A stretch of DNA of 64,000 nucleotides from Deltaproteobacteria bacterium (GTDB taxonomy: Bacteria; JADJOY01): positions 42,900 through 106,899 of the forward strand of contig JADJOY010000020.1 in NCBI GenBank assembly GCA_016713535.1, read 5' to 3'. Positions 14,604-25,209 of the stretch are shown piece after piece. Every line of letters starts with the position of its first letter. Positions within the stretch are counted from its first letter, which is position 1. The notes under the pieces were generated by a model. It did no database searches. It was not told the DNA's origin and worked only from the letters and a program-made list of their open reading frames with translations. A program made the position numbers and the translations under genes.

Positions 14604-15716
14604 TCACGGCAGCGCGGCGCTGCTCGGGACGCTGGCGCGGGTGCGCTCCTCGACGAGCTCGGCCACGATCACCTGCGCGATCGCCGCGGTCGGCACGGCC
14701 AGCAGCACGCCGACGATGCCCAGCCACGCCCCGCCGATCAGCAGCGCCACCAGCACCACCACCGCGTTGAGCCCCATCTGGCGGGACATGAGGCGCGGCA
14801 CCAGGATGTGGTTCTCGAGCTGCTGCTGCGCGAAGAAGAAGACCGCGGTCCAGAGCGCCAAGCTCCACGACTCGGTGGCCGCGAGGCCGATGGCCGGGAT
14901 CGCGGTCAGCAACGGTCCGACGTACGGGATCCACTCGCCGAAGGCGGCGAGGATCGCGAGCACGTAGAAGTACGGCACACCGAGCAGCCCGAGTCCCAGC
15001 GCGGCGGTCGCGCCGATGATGCCGGCGAGCATCGCTTGGCCGATCAGCCAGTCGCTCGCCTTCTGCACGATGCGCCCCGACACCTCCCGGACCTGCCCGC
15101 GGCGCTCGCGCGGCACCAAGGACAGGACGCGGCGGTAGAGCGGCGCCCAGTCGAGGAGCAGGTAGAGCGAGAGCACCAGCACGGTGACGACCGCGAACAC
15201 GGCTCCAACCACCTCGGAGGCCGCCGCCACCGCCTTGCCCGCGACCTTCGAGGTTCCGGGCAGGTGGTTCGCCAGCTCGCCCGCCGGCGGCGTGTCGATG
15301 CCGCGCGCCTCGAGCCACGCCCGCCCGCGGTCGAGCAGCTCGGGCGCGTGGTGGGCGAGGGAGCGCGCCTGGCTGACGAACGGCGGCGCGGCGAGCGCGA
15401 GCGCGCCCACGATCACCACCACCACGCCGACGTAGACGATCGCGATCGCGCCCTTGCGCGACGGATGCAAGCGGCGCCCACGCCACGGCAGACCTCGCTC
15501 CTCGAGGCGGCGGACGATCCGGCTGACGCCGAGCGCGAGGAGCGTGCCGACGTAGAGCAGGAGCAGCGGAGTCCGCGCGAGGTACGCCAGCCACGAGACC
15601 AGCGCGCAGGTGAAGAAGAGCCCCACTCCCCACGCAACGAGCCCGCGTGCCTCGCGGTGGGCGGAGTCAACGGACTGCGGGTTCTCGGGTTCGTCGGATT
15701 CGTCGGATTCGCGCAC
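14604..15716 (-). CDS. AI-2E family transporter (PerM/YhhT-like, UPF0118)
   Basis: Characteristic C-terminal TM region (GEWIPYVGPLLTAIPAIGLA, FFFAQQQLENHILVPRLM). GTG start has GGAG 9 nt upstream. The rest of the long antisense ORF (to 18218) is shadow. Confidence 0.8.
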   Translation of the reverse strand: MRESDESDEPENPQSVDSAHREARGLVAWGVGLFFTCALVSWLAYLARTPLLLLYVGTLLALGVSRIVRRLEERGLPWRGRRLHPSRKGAIAIVYVGVVVVIVGALALAAPPFVSQARSLAHHAPELLDRGRAWLEARGIDTPPAGELANHLPGTSKVAGKAVAAASEVVGAVFAVVTVLVLSLYLLLDWAPLYRRVLSLVPRERRGQVREVSGRIVQKASDWLIGQAMLAGIIGATAALGLGLLGVPYFYVLAILAAFGEWIPYVGPLLTAIPAIGLAATESWSLALWTAVFFFAQQQLENHILVPRLMSRQMGLNAVVVLVALLIGGAWLGIVGVLLAVPTAAIAQVIVAELVEERTRASVPSSAALP

Positions 15717-15910
15717 TGTCTCGGCTCCGCGCCATCGAGCGCGCGCGAACCGAACGCAAGGTGAGTGCCGCGCGCGCAGTCGCGCCCGTACCGGGGCGCC
15801 AAACCGCGCGAATCGCGGGTACTTCCCGCGGCGCGGACCGCCCGCCGCCGCGGGCGCCCCGGTAAGGGCTACAAAGTTCCGTGCAGGGGGCCTCCGCGGC
15901 GCGGGCGGCG

Positions 15911-16825
15911 TCAGCCGCCCACCGGCACGACCACCTCGCGGTGCTCGTAGCTCATCGTGGTGCCGTCGTCCTTCACCCGCACTACCCGCACCACGTTGTC
16001 GTCGTCCCACGTGGCATCGGTGATGTAGACGTCGTACTGACCCACGGGGTCGCTGTGCTGGAACGAGAAGTGGTAGTGGCCCGCGAAGTTCGCGTAGACG
16101 CGGTCGCCGCGCAGCGCCGTCTCGCCCTCGACGCGCGCGAGCTCGGTCGAGTCGAAGGCGCCGAGCGACTGCAGGTGCATCGGGTGGTGGCTCAGCATGA
16201 CGATGTTCTCGAGGCGGTCCGACGGCGCGGCGCGCATGGCCTCGACGAACCAGGGCCAGGTGCCGCCCTCGAAGTCGTGGAGCTCGGCCTGCTCGCCGAG
16301 GATCACGTCCATGAGCCGCGACACCCAGTCCATCGCCACGAACGACACACCCTTGTGCTGGAAGGCGAAGTTCACGAAGTAGCTGAGCTTGCCGAACTCG
16401 GGGTTCCACACCGGCGTGGGCGCCATGGAGAAGCCGCTCAGCTCGCTCGCGAGGCGCGTGTAGTGGGTGGCCCATTCCGCCGCCACCTGCGACTCGTCGC
16501 CGTTGTGGAGCTCGTTGTCGCCGATGACCGGCACGTACGGGACCTCGAGGGCGTCGAGCATGGCGCGGGTGCGGGTCACCTCGCCCGTGCCCCACGCGAT
16601 GTCGCCGAGGAGCAGCACCAGCTCGATCTTCTCGGCCTCGCGGTTCGCGTTCACCCAGTGGATCGCGTCCTGAAGGCGGGCGTCGTGGTCGGCCGAGCCG
16701 GCGATGTGCGGGTCGGCGATCACCACGAACGAGTAGCGCCACTCGGCGGGCACGCAGGCGCCGAGCGGCGCGACGACGAGGGCGAGGAGTGCCGCGGTGA
16801 GGAGCCGGGTGCGCTGGATCTGCAT
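15911..16825 (-). CDS. Calcineurin-like metallophosphoesterase lipoprotein
   Basis: Start MQIQRTRLLTAALLALVVAPLGAC with a lipobox. Motifs VIADPH, LGDIAWG, GDNELHN, SHHP and GHYHFS are typical of the metallophosphatase fold. Confidence 0.8.
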   Translation of the reverse strand: MQIQRTRLLTAALLALVVAPLGACVPAEWRYSFVVIADPHIAGSADHDARLQDAIHWVNANREAEKIELVLLLGDIAWGTGEVTRTRAMLDALEVPYVPVIGDNELHNGDESQVAAEWATHYTRLASELSGFSMAPTPVWNPEFGKLSYFVNFAFQHKGVSFVAMDWVSRLMDVILGEQAELHDFEGGTWPWFVEAMRAAPSDRLENIVMLSHHPMHLQSLGAFDSTELARVEGETALRGDRVYANFAGHYHFSFQHSDPVGQYDVYITDATWDDDNVVRVVRVKDDGTTMSYEHREVVVPVGG

Positions 16826-16964
16826 ACCTCGACGGTAGCAGTTTCGAGGGGGGCGGCGCCTCCCCTGCCCGGACCGCGGCTCGACCACCGCGCTCCACCC
16901 GCGTATAAGAACTTCCACCCAGCCTTCCTCCCGAAAGGCATCGCCTCGAGGGGAGACTTCCGGG

Positions 16965-17594
16965 ATGGTCCGACGATCGATCGTGGCCGCGGCCCTCGCC
17001 GCGGCCTCCTGGCATGTGTGCGCGTTCGGCGCGGCCGCTTCCTGGCTCGCCGAGCTGCGCGGCGGCGCGGCCGTCCCCATTCACGACGAACTGCGCGACG
17101 CGCTCGGCCTGGAAGTGGGCCCCGCGTTCGGAGCGACCCTCGGCTGGAAAGCGAGCGAGAGCTTCGCCTTCGACCTCCGGTTCGACGCCTTGTGGCTGTC
17201 GGGCACGGCGACGGCGGTCGCGATCAGCAACCACTTCTACATCTGGGAGACCGACACATCGATGGAGACCTACGCGATCTCGGCTGGCCCGACGCTCCAC
17301 ACCGACGCGTGGGGCCTCGAGCTCGACCTGGGCCTGCACCCCGGCCTCTACCTCTCGACCTTCGACGCCATCGACGCCGTCCGAGGACTCGACAGCATGT
17401 ATGCGAGCAAGGACTTCTCGTCCAGCGTCTCGGCGGACTTCGGCTTCAACGCCGAGGTCGGCGCGCGCGTGCCCGTGACCGACTCGTTCCTCGTCGGTGC
17501 CGAGCTCGCATACCACCTGGTGTTCGTCCGCGACCTCGCAGACGACACCTTCGGCGCGCTGATCGGCTCGCTCTCGGTCGCCTGGCGAGGTTGA
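16965..17594 (+). CDS. Small outer-membrane beta-barrel-like protein (OmpW/OmpA-like), hypothetical
   Basis: Signal peptide, alternating amphipathic beta-strand pattern, C-terminal aromatic residue (SVAWRG). Very high GC3. SD GGGAGA. Confidence 0.6.
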   Translation: MVRRSIVAAALAAASWHVCAFGAAASWLAELRGGAAVPIHDELRDALGLEVGPAFGATLGWKASESFAFDLRFDALWLSGTATAVAISNHFYIWETDTSMETYAISAGPTLHTDAWGLELDLGLHPGLYLSTFDAIDAVRGLDSMYASKDFSSSVSADFGFNAEVGARVPVTDSFLVGAELAYHLVFVRDLADDTFGALIGSLSVAWRG

Positions 17595-17623
17595 GCGGCG
17601 ATCGCACGGGATCGGTGCCGCTG

Positions 17624-17700
17624 CGGGCGGGCTGACGCCCGCCCCTACACGCACCGCGGGTTGGACGTAGCGCGGGGGCTCGTCCCCCGCCCCGCGGCTG
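17624..17700 (+). repeat. REP-like element, family C copy
   Basis: GGGCGGGCTGACGCCCGCCCCTACACGCACCGCGGGTTGGACGTAGCGCGGGGGCTCGTCCCCCGCC aligns with the 12501 and 20950 copies. Confidence 0.6.
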
Positions 17701-17795
17701 GACCGGGAAAAGGTGAGGGCCGTATAACTGAGAGGCCGTCCGCGCTCGCGCGAGGGCGGTCCGCCGCCATCCCCCAAGCCTTCGAGGTCGTCCGG

Positions 17796-20534
17796 ATGCA
17801 CCGCACCGTCCGCGCCGCCGCTTCGCTGTCCGCGCTGTTCCTGCTCGCGAGCTGCACCAAGCCCGAGCGCCCCGAGCCGCCGTCGATCCTGCGCGACGTC
17901 GCGATGATCGACGACGACGTCGAGTTCACGCACCCGTTCGTGCCCGGCCACCGCACCACCATGGACGGTCGCATCGCGATCCGCGTCCAGGGCGGTCCAC
18001 CCGGCACCTACGACCTCTCGCACAACCTCTCGTTCACGCTCTTCGCTCCCGAGCGTCTCGACGAGCCGATCATGAGCGGGCCTCCGGGCGCTCTCATCCA
18101 GGCCGAGCCGGTCCCGTTCGACGTGCCGTTTCCGCCCGCGATGAATCCGGCGGTCACGCGCCTCGGGCACCACGCGATCTGCGACGCCACGCGCCCCTTC
18201 CCCGAGCCCGGCGAGCAACCCAATCCGCAGCCATGCGGCGCGGGCGGCCTCGACGACTGCTACCGGTTCACGGTCATCAGCTCGACCTCCGAGAGCGTCC
18301 TCGGCGTGCAGATGTGGGGCACGCCGGTGACGATCGAGGTCGCGAACCCCAAGACCGCGAGCGCGCGCATCATCCGCGCCGAGCTCGCCGAGCCGGTCGC
18401 GGGCACCTTCATCCCGCTAATGAACGAGTGGACCGAGCCCGCGGTGACCCGCGACGGGCGCTTGCTCACCGGACGCTGGGGCCGCGCGCCGCGCGCGTGG
18501 ACCAACCCCGAGACCGGCGAGACCAAGGTGCGCTTCTACGACCTCGCCTACTCGGTGCTGCCGGAGGACGCGGCGCCATGCGACGTGACGAAGTGGACGC
18601 TCTTCCACCCGATCTCGCACGCGCCCTTCGACCCGCACATGATCGGCCGCTACGGGCTCGCCGCGTACCCGTTCCGCGATGCCGAGGGGAACCCGATTGC
18701 CGACGGCGAGGACGTGTCGGGCACCTACCCGTGGGTCGACCGCGACGGCACCAACGTCTTCATGGCCGGCGTGCAGGGACGCCTGTCCGAGCAGTCGAGC
18801 GAGGAGTACCCGCGCCGCTGCGTCGTGGACGGCTGCGACAGCTACGAGCAGAGCATCGACTGGGACCGTGGCTTCATGGCCGGCGGGCTCTGGACCCACG
18901 GCAAGTTCGTGCACCTCGACGGCCTCATCAACAACCTCGACTGGGCGGTCGGCGTGACGCCGCGCACGCACTACAAGGTCGACCTGTACCGCGACGCGAG
19001 CGGCGAAGACGTGCAGGTGCGGTTCGGCTCGGGCCGCTTCATCGACGGCCGCGAGCGCGACGAGGGCGGCCCCTACCCGCCCGGCTACACCCACAACCCG
19101 AACATCGTCGACTCGGTCATGAACCTCTTCAACTACGACCCCGACGCCACGCCGATCACGCCACGCGACGTGGTGTGGCTGATGAGCAACGGCGTCGGCA
19201 GCGAGGAGATCGTGTTCGACGACTACGTCGACCCGAACGCCTTCATCGTGTCCAACATGCAGGCGTCGATCACGCCGCACTACAATCCGCAGGGCGAGAC
19301 CGTCAGCGTTCCCAAGTACTGGAACGGCCAGGTGCGGACGGTGCTGCTCGGGATCGGCCAGCCGCAATTCAACGTCCTCGCGCCCGACCTCGTCGAGGAC
19401 ATCCACGTCGAGAACGCCGCCACCTCGCTGGGCTGCAACGTGCCCTCGTTCGGGCGGGTGGCGGCCGGCACCGGGCGGATCGAGCCGGTGGCGCTCGGCG
19501 GCATCCAGGGCAAGGGCTTCTGGCTCACCGGCACCAACTCGATCCGCTACCCGGTGCCCGCCCAGACCCGCTCGGTCACGGGCGTGAGCTGGTACGTGGG
19601 CGTGTTCCTCGACCCACGCGGCGATGACGGCGAGGCGCGCACCGTCGCGCGCTTCCCCGACGGCAGCGAGCTCCGCGTCGCGGGCCACGCCACCGCCCAG
19701 TACACGCTCGACGGCGCGGTGGTCCACGAGGTGCCGCTGCCGCCGGGCTCGGGGTGGCTGCACCTCGCACTCGCGATCGGCGACCAGAACCGCGTGATCA
19801 CGCTGCTCCACGACGGCTTCCCGCTCGACCGGTTCACCTCGCCGGGCCCCCTCTTCGTCATGAGCGAGGGCGAGCTCGTGGTCGGCGACGGCGCCGCGGC
19901 CGCCGCCGGCTTCCGCGGCTGGATCGACGACCTCCACGTCCTCGCCCACGGGGTCGACGCGGAGGTGGCGTGCAACCAGGCGCACGGGACGCTGGTGCGG
20001 ATCGACGCCAACTCCCAGCTCGCCGCCGCCAGCGACGCGTATCCGGAGTGGGCCCACCACGAGATCGCCTCGGCCGCGGGCGAGCCGGCGTCGGGCGCGC
20101 GCTACTGGTGCCACCACGACTACTCGGACGACTACGCCGCGCATCTCGCGAACCTGCCGGCGGGCACCACGTCGGTGCGCCGCCCGATCAACTTCCCCGA
20201 AGGACCGCTTCGCGCCGGCGCGCCGCGCCCCGACTCGAGCCAGAACGCGTTCTGCCTCACCTGCCACAGCGCGCACGCCAAGGGCGGGCTCACGCTCGCC
20301 GCGCTCGAGAGCCGCCCGGACGTCACCGCCGAGAACGACCACCGCCGCCAGCCGCTGCAGCCGCCGCGGCGGGTGTTCGGCAACATCCCCGCGCACTGGA
20401 TCGCGCCCGGCGCGGGTCCGGGCAGCCCGGGCGCGGCGTTGCAGGCGCCGCCGGAGGGACTCCTGATCGACGAGTGGGTGCTCGCGGGCGCCACCGACAC
20501 CGCGGCGAGCCTGCGCGCGATCCACCGGCATTGA
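17796..20534 (+). CDS. Large lipoprotein (lipobox LASC) with a LamG/concanavalin-like domain near the C-terminus and a terminal CxxCH motif
   Basis: MHRTVRAAASLSALFLLASC. Near the C-terminus ...LVVGDGAAAAAGFRGWIDDLHVLAHG (LamG-like signature), then NAFCLTCHSAH (potential c-type haem or metal site). Confidence 0.7.
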   Translation: MHRTVRAAASLSALFLLASCTKPERPEPPSILRDVAMIDDDVEFTHPFVPGHRTTMDGRIAIRVQGGPPGTYDLSHNLSFTLFAPERLDEPIMSGPPGALIQAEPVPFDVPFPPAMNPAVTRLGHHAICDATRPFPEPGEQPNPQPCGAGGLDDCYRFTVISSTSESVLGVQMWGTPVTIEVANPKTASARIIRAELAEPVAGTFIPLMNEWTEPAVTRDGRLLTGRWGRAPRAWTNPETGETKVRFYDLAYSVLPEDAAPCDVTKWTLFHPISHAPFDPHMIGRYGLAAYPFRDAEGNPIADGEDVSGTYPWVDRDGTNVFMAGVQGRLSEQSSEEYPRRCVVDGCDSYEQSIDWDRGFMAGGLWTHGKFVHLDGLINNLDWAVGVTPRTHYKVDLYRDASGEDVQVRFGSGRFIDGRERDEGGPYPPGYTHNPNIVDSVMNLFNYDPDATPITPRDVVWLMSNGVGSEEIVFDDYVDPNAFIVSNMQASITPHYNPQGETVSVPKYWNGQVRTVLLGIGQPQFNVLAPDLVEDIHVENAATSLGCNVPSFGRVAAGTGRIEPVALGGIQGKGFWLTGTNSIRYPVPAQTRSVTGVSWYVGVFLDPRGDDGEARTVARFPDGSELRVAGHATAQYTLDGAVVHEVPLPPGSGWLHLALAIGDQNRVITLLHDGFPLDRFTSPGPLFVMSEGELVVGDGAAAAAGFRGWIDDLHVLAHGVDAEVACNQAHGTLVRIDANSQLAAASDAYPEWAHHEIASAAGEPASGARYWCHHDYSDDYAAHLANLPAGTTSVRRPINFPEGPLRAGAPRPDSSQNAFCLTCHSAHAKGGLTLAALESRPDVTAENDHRRQPLQPPRRVFGNIPAHWIAPGAGPGSPGAALQAPPEGLLIDEWVLAGATDTAASLRAIHRH

Positions 20535-20544
20535 GAAGACCAGC

Positions 20545-20625
20545 GCCAGCGAAGCGCCGCGGGGGGACGGAGCCCCCCGCGCTACGAAAATCATCGTAGC
20601 GACGGGGGTTCCATCCCCGTCGCCA
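20545..20625 (-). repeat. REP-like three-hairpin element, family A, inverted orientation
   Basis: CGCGGGGGG-acggag-CCCCCCGCG, CTACGA-aaatca-TCGTAG and GACGGGGG-ttccat-CCCCGTC. Same modules occur at 37601-37668, 48277-48345 and, partially, 41250-41292. Confidence 0.65.
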
Positions 20626-20689
20626 GTCCCACGCGGCTTCCGTGAGCGGCCCAGACGGAAAGTCCACCGCGGGGTTCGGCGCCTGCCCC

Positions 20690-20900
20690 CCTCGGCGGGG
20701 GCGCCGCCGGCGGGGGGGGGGGGGGCGCCCCGGCAACGAAAAAAAGGGGGGTGGGGGGCTTCGGCTCCGCCGCCGGGGCTCGGGGGGCGGGGGAGGGGAA
20801 GAGCGGAAGGTTCAAGGTGCTTGGAGATCTTGGGAGCCCCGCGCTAGCACCGCGCCAGCGAAGAGTTTTTTGTGGGGGGTTCGGGGTTCCGGCAACGGAA
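20690..20900. repeat. G-homopolymer-rich low-complexity tract (G14, A7, G6...), with CCGGCAACG(A/G)AAA motifs repeated
   Basis: cggcggggggggggggggcgccccggcaacgaaaaaaaggggggtggggggc ... ttttttgtggggggttcggggttccggcaacggaaag. It is intergenic, between convergent genes. It may be a G-quadruplex or simple-sequence region, or a low-quality assembly patch. Confidence 0.4.
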
Positions 20901-20949
20901 AGATTCACAGGGCTAGGAGTGCGTCGGGAACGGATTTCCCGGCCCACTC

Positions 20950-21012
20950 CTGCGGGCGAGCTGACGCTCGCCTACACTCCCACGGGTCGGGCTGCCTCGA
21001 TCGTAGGTGCGC
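20950..21012 (+). repeat. REP-like element, family C copy
   Basis: CTGCGGGCGAGCTGACGCTCGCCTACACTCCCACGGGTCGGGCTGCCTCGATCGTAGG. Confidence 0.5.
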
Positions 21013-21018
21013 GCGTGT

Positions 21019-23155
21019 TCACGTCCGGCTGCGGCGCCGCAACAGCGTCGGGACCGCGAGCAGTCCGAGGAGCACCGCGCTCGACCCGCTCGCCGAGCCG
21101 ATCGCGCCGCATGGACCGTTGAACATCGCCGTCACCGCCTGCGCCGCGTCCATGGTCACCACGCACGTCCCGGTGCCGGAGCAGCCCGCGCCGCTCCAGC
21201 CCGTGAAGGTCGAGCCCGGCGCGGGCGTCGCGCTGAGCGTCACCACCGTGTCGGCGTCGAAGCTCGCGGCACACGTCGGACCGCAGTCGACCCCTGCCGG
21301 CACGCTCGTCACGGTCCCCGCGCCGCCGCCGGCCTTGCCGACGGCCAGGGTGAAGGTGGGCGGGCACACCTTCCCCCACGTCGTCGCCCAGCGCCCGTCT
21401 TCGCTCGTGAGGATCGTCCCGCGCGTCATCGCGTACTGGTTGAAGACCCAGGCGCAGCCGTCGCTCGGGTCGATGGCGGTGCCGGTGTAGTCGCCCCATC
21501 GGTTGCGCGCGGCCGAGAACTTCCGCACGTAGTAGTCGGTGCCGGCATGGAGCACCGAGGGCGTCTGCGTCGTACCGGGGCCGTCGCCGGCGGCGCGCAT
21601 CGTCCAGTAGCTACCCGCGAAAATTGTCGGCGCGGACGCCGAGAAGCCGAAGTACGCCCGGCCGGTCGAGCTCACCGCGACCGATGGGTAGAACGTGTGC
21701 GTGCCCGGCGCGATCGACTCGCCACCGATGTTCCCCTGGTCCACCACCGCCGGGCTGGCCAGGTTCGAGGTGTCGAGCTTCACCCAGTGCGCGGTGGTCT
21801 GGCCGGCGTCGGGATCGCCGGTGGGCGGACGGACGTTGAACGTCGTCCACAGCGCGCCGTCGCGCCACACGGCCGCCAGCGTCCTGCGGTCGCCGACGTT
21901 GAGCCCGGTCGCCGAGCCGGACTGGGGCGCGTCGACCAGCGGCAGCGTGTTGGCGTCGATGGTGCCCATGGGCACGACGTGCTGGGTGATGGTGGGCGAG
22001 GTCAGCGGGTCGTCGATCCGCGCGAGCTGCAGGACCTGGACGCCGCTCAGCGTCGCGCCACCGTACCCGACGAAGAACGTGCCGACGCCCGCTGGCGTGG
22101 CGCCGTGGGTATTGGCCGGCTGGGTGGTCGTGGCGCTTCCGCCTCCCGCGTACGGATCGAGCTTCGACACCGCGGCCGCGCCGCCCGAATAGAACGAGCT
22201 CTTGCCGATCACCCACAACCGGACGGCGACGAAACCGCTCCCGCCGAACCCGAACATGTTGCCGGTGATGTAGATCGCCTGGCCGTCGACCGCGACGCCG
22301 GGGAAGTCGATCCAGCGGTCCGCCCCCGCGATGCTGGTGAGCGCGTCGATCTGGGTGGCGAACCAGGTGCCGTTCGGGTCGCCGTCGTCGGAGACCGCCA
22401 CGAAGATCCGCGAGGTGTTGGCAGCGTCGCCCAGCGTCGTGTCGGTGCGCTCGATCACCACCAGCACGAAGCGGTCCGCGTACGGGTCGTACACCACCTT
22501 GGGGTCGGCGGTGACGGTGAGCGGTCCGAAGGCCGAGAAGAAGCTCGCGAGGCCGGAGATGAAGGTGCGCGTTCCGACCCGGGTGTAGAACTCGACCACC
22601 GAGTTCACGGCGCTCACGAGGTGGTTCGTCCCGACCGCGCCGTTCGGATCGGGCGGGATCATGTAGTACCCGCTGTTGTAGATGGGGTTGGTGTCGAAGT
22701 TGGCGGCGTCGAAGCTGGTCACGAGCCCTTGCGCGCCGACCCGGACGCTCGCTCGCGGCGGCTCGGCGAGGGTGTCACCGCGCGGCGACCGGACCCATCC
22801 GGGGGCCTTGACTCCCCGACCCGCCGCCAGGTCGTCGAGGCCTTCCTCGTCGGGGACGTCGGTGACGGTCAGCGTGGCCGAAGCCACGGGATCCGCCACC
22901 ACGTACGAGACCTCCGGCTCGCCGACCTTGCTCGGCACCGCGACGATCGTCACTCCCGACGGGGGTGGGCTCGGCGGGCCCGGGCTGCGGCCCGGGCGAG
23001 AAGACGACCGGGCCAGCCTTCGAGTCGCCGAGCCGGGTCCCGGCCTCGGCCCGTGGCTCGGCTCCGCGATCACAGCCAGGGAAGGCCGCGCACGCGACGA
23101 GCGCCCACGCGAGAGCCCGGGACGAGTACGACGCGAGACGTCGTCGGTACGACAT
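21019..23155 (-). CDS. Secreted lipoprotein (lipobox FPGC) with divergent InlB-B/Listeria-Bacteroides-type repeats near the C-terminus and a MYXO-CTERM tag; apparent frameshift near 23000-23070
   Basis: The N-terminus MSYRRRLASYSSRALAWALVACAAFPGC lies in the frame of ORF 22775..23629; the body lies in ORF 21019..23073. The C-terminus is ...GPCGAIGSASGSSAVLLGLLAVPTLLRRRSRT. Confidence 0.7.
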
Positions 23156-23312
23156 GGCGGCTCCCCTTCTTCGGCGACCAGCGCGGGTCGCTTCCGATCG
23201 GCGAAGGGGGGCCCACCCGAGAAGAAACACGCTCGTTCGATTGGAACGATCTTGGGGACGTCGGCCGGCGCGTGTCAAACGGTCGCTGCGCCGGACCCGC
23301 GGTGGCACGCGC

Positions 23313-24962
23313 TCACGGCTGACTGCACCCGCCCGGCGTCGCCGCGTCGCAATCCTCGTCGATGCCGTTGCCGGGGAGCTCGGTGGCCCCCGGGTGTACG
23401 CCGCCGCGGAGGTCGTCGCAGTCGAGCGCCGGGTGGGCGCAGCTCGCCGACGGCGGGCTGCCGTAGCCGTCGTGGTCGACGTCGCGACACGGGTCGCAGG
23501 CGTCGCCGATGCCGTCGGCGTCCGCGTCGAGCTGCTCCGGATCGGCGACCGCCGGGCAGTCGTCGTGGCCGTCCGGGTATCCGTCGCCGTCCGTATCGGG
23601 TGACCCGAACACGAACGCCGCGCCCGCATCGCTCGTCGCTCCGTCGTCGCCGGGCGCGCCCACGAGCACGGTGCCGCCGTCCATCGCCACCGAGAACCCG
23701 AACGCGGTCCAGCCGAGCCCGTGCGGCTCGCCGTAGGTGCGGGTCTGGATCCAGCCGCCGGGTCCGTTCTCGAATACCTGGACGAGGCCTGCTCCGGTCG
23801 AGCCCTCGATGGACGCCGCCGGCCCGCCCACCACCGCGGTGTCCCCCTCCAGGTCGACGCGCAGCCCGAACACGTCCCACGGCTTCGCGCCGGTGGCGTG
23901 GAGCTCGACGGATTCGGTCCAGCCTCCGTCCGGTTGCTTGTCGAAGACGTACGCGGAGCCCGCGTTCTCGCCGAGGTCGTCGTCGAGCCGCGCGCCGATC
24001 AGCACGCGCTCGCCCGACGCCGCCACCCACTGGCCGAAGCGGTCCTCGACGTGGCCGTCGCTCTGGGTCAGCCAGGCGCTCTCGGCCCAGCCGCCGGCGC
24101 CCCGCTCGAACACGTACGCCGAGCCCGAATAGAGCGCCGAGCCCGTGGCGATGTGCGCGCCCACCACGAGCACGTCGTCATCCAGGTCGAGGGTCTCGCC
24201 GAAGTGGGTGTAAGGCGCGCCGTTGCTGGGCGTGAGCTTCGCCGTCACGGACCACGCCCCTTGCTGCTGCTCGAACAGATAGACGGATCCCGACCACGGC
24301 CCGTCGTCGTCGTCCGCGAAGGCACCCACGCCGATCCGACCGCCGTTCGCCGTCACGCCGTAGCCGAAGAACGACCCCGCGACCGCGTCCGGCGCGACGA
24401 GCTTGGCCGTCTGCACCCAGGCCCCACCCGAACGCTCGAAGACGTAGGCCGCGCCCGGGAAGCTGCCGGGCTCGGTGAAGCGAACCGCGCCGCTCTCGCC
24501 CACCACGATGCGATCGCCGTCGACGGCCACGCCGATGCCGAACCAGCCGTCCAGCACCGAGTCGTCGCCGCGTAGCACCGCGGTCTGGGTCCAGGCGTTC
24601 CCGATCCGCTCGAACACGTGCGCCACCCCGGTGCGCAGCGGCGACGCTGGGCCGACCTCCGGCTCGATGGCGCCGACGACCGCCACGTCCCCGTCGATGT
24701 CGACGCTCTGTCCCGAGAGGTTCGAGCCGTCGAGACCGCTCCCGTCGAGCTGGCTCCACACTGCGGGAAGGCTCGCGGCTCGCGACCGCGTGGCGCGGCT
24801 CGCGGGAGTGCGCTCCTCCAGCTCGGCCGCGTGCTCCGGCAGACATCGGTCGAGGCGAAGCGATTCGCCGGCCGATGCGCCACCTCCCGCTCGCGGCGAG
24901 AGCAGCGCCAACGTCAGCAGCGACGTGCGGGCGACCGAGCCGTGTGTACCGCCGTGACGCAT
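23313..24962 (-). CDS. FG-GAP (integrin-alpha-like) repeat protein with a C-terminal MopE-type Cys/Asp putative metal-binding motif
   Basis: Signal peptide MRHGGTHGSVARTSLLTLALLSP. Repeated ...GSAYVFER..GxW.......FG motifs. C-terminus DACDPCRDVDHDGY...GNGIDEDCDAATPGGCSQP. Confidence 0.8.
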   Translation of the reverse strand: MRHGGTHGSVARTSLLTLALLSPRAGGGASAGESLRLDRCLPEHAAELEERTPASRATRSRAASLPAVWSQLDGSGLDGSNLSGQSVDIDGDVAVVGAIEPEVGPASPLRTGVAHVFERIGNAWTQTAVLRGDDSVLDGWFGIGVAVDGDRIVVGESGAVRFTEPGSFPGAAYVFERSGGAWVQTAKLVAPDAVAGSFFGYGVTANGGRIGVGAFADDDDGPWSGSVYLFEQQQGAWSVTAKLTPSNGAPYTHFGETLDLDDDVLVVGAHIATGSALYSGSAYVFERGAGGWAESAWLTQSDGHVEDRFGQWVAASGERVLIGARLDDDLGENAGSAYVFDKQPDGGWTESVELHATGAKPWDVFGLRVDLEGDTAVVGGPAASIEGSTGAGLVQVFENGPGGWIQTRTYGEPHGLGWTAFGFSVAMDGGTVLVGAPGDDGATSDAGAAFVFGSPDTDGDGYPDGHDDCPAVADPEQLDADADGIGDACDPCRDVDHDGYGSPPSASCAHPALDCDDLRGGVHPGATELPGNGIDEDCDAATPGGCSQP

Positions 24963-25209
24963 GGGGACCCCGGCTGCGCTTCGCAAACGTTCGTCCGACC
25001 CTACGCCTCGCGCTCGCGGCTGCACAAACCCCGGGAACCCGCACCTGGGCAGCGAGGCCGGCCAGCCAGGTCGGCTGGCGCTCTCCCGGCCTCCAGCAGC
25101 GCGGACCGGAGCCCGCCGGCCGAACCGGCGCGGCGCGAAGACCGAGTGACCCCCAGGAACCTCGACGCGCCGCTCGCCGGGCCACCGCGGCCCGCTGGTG
25201 CACCGAGGA

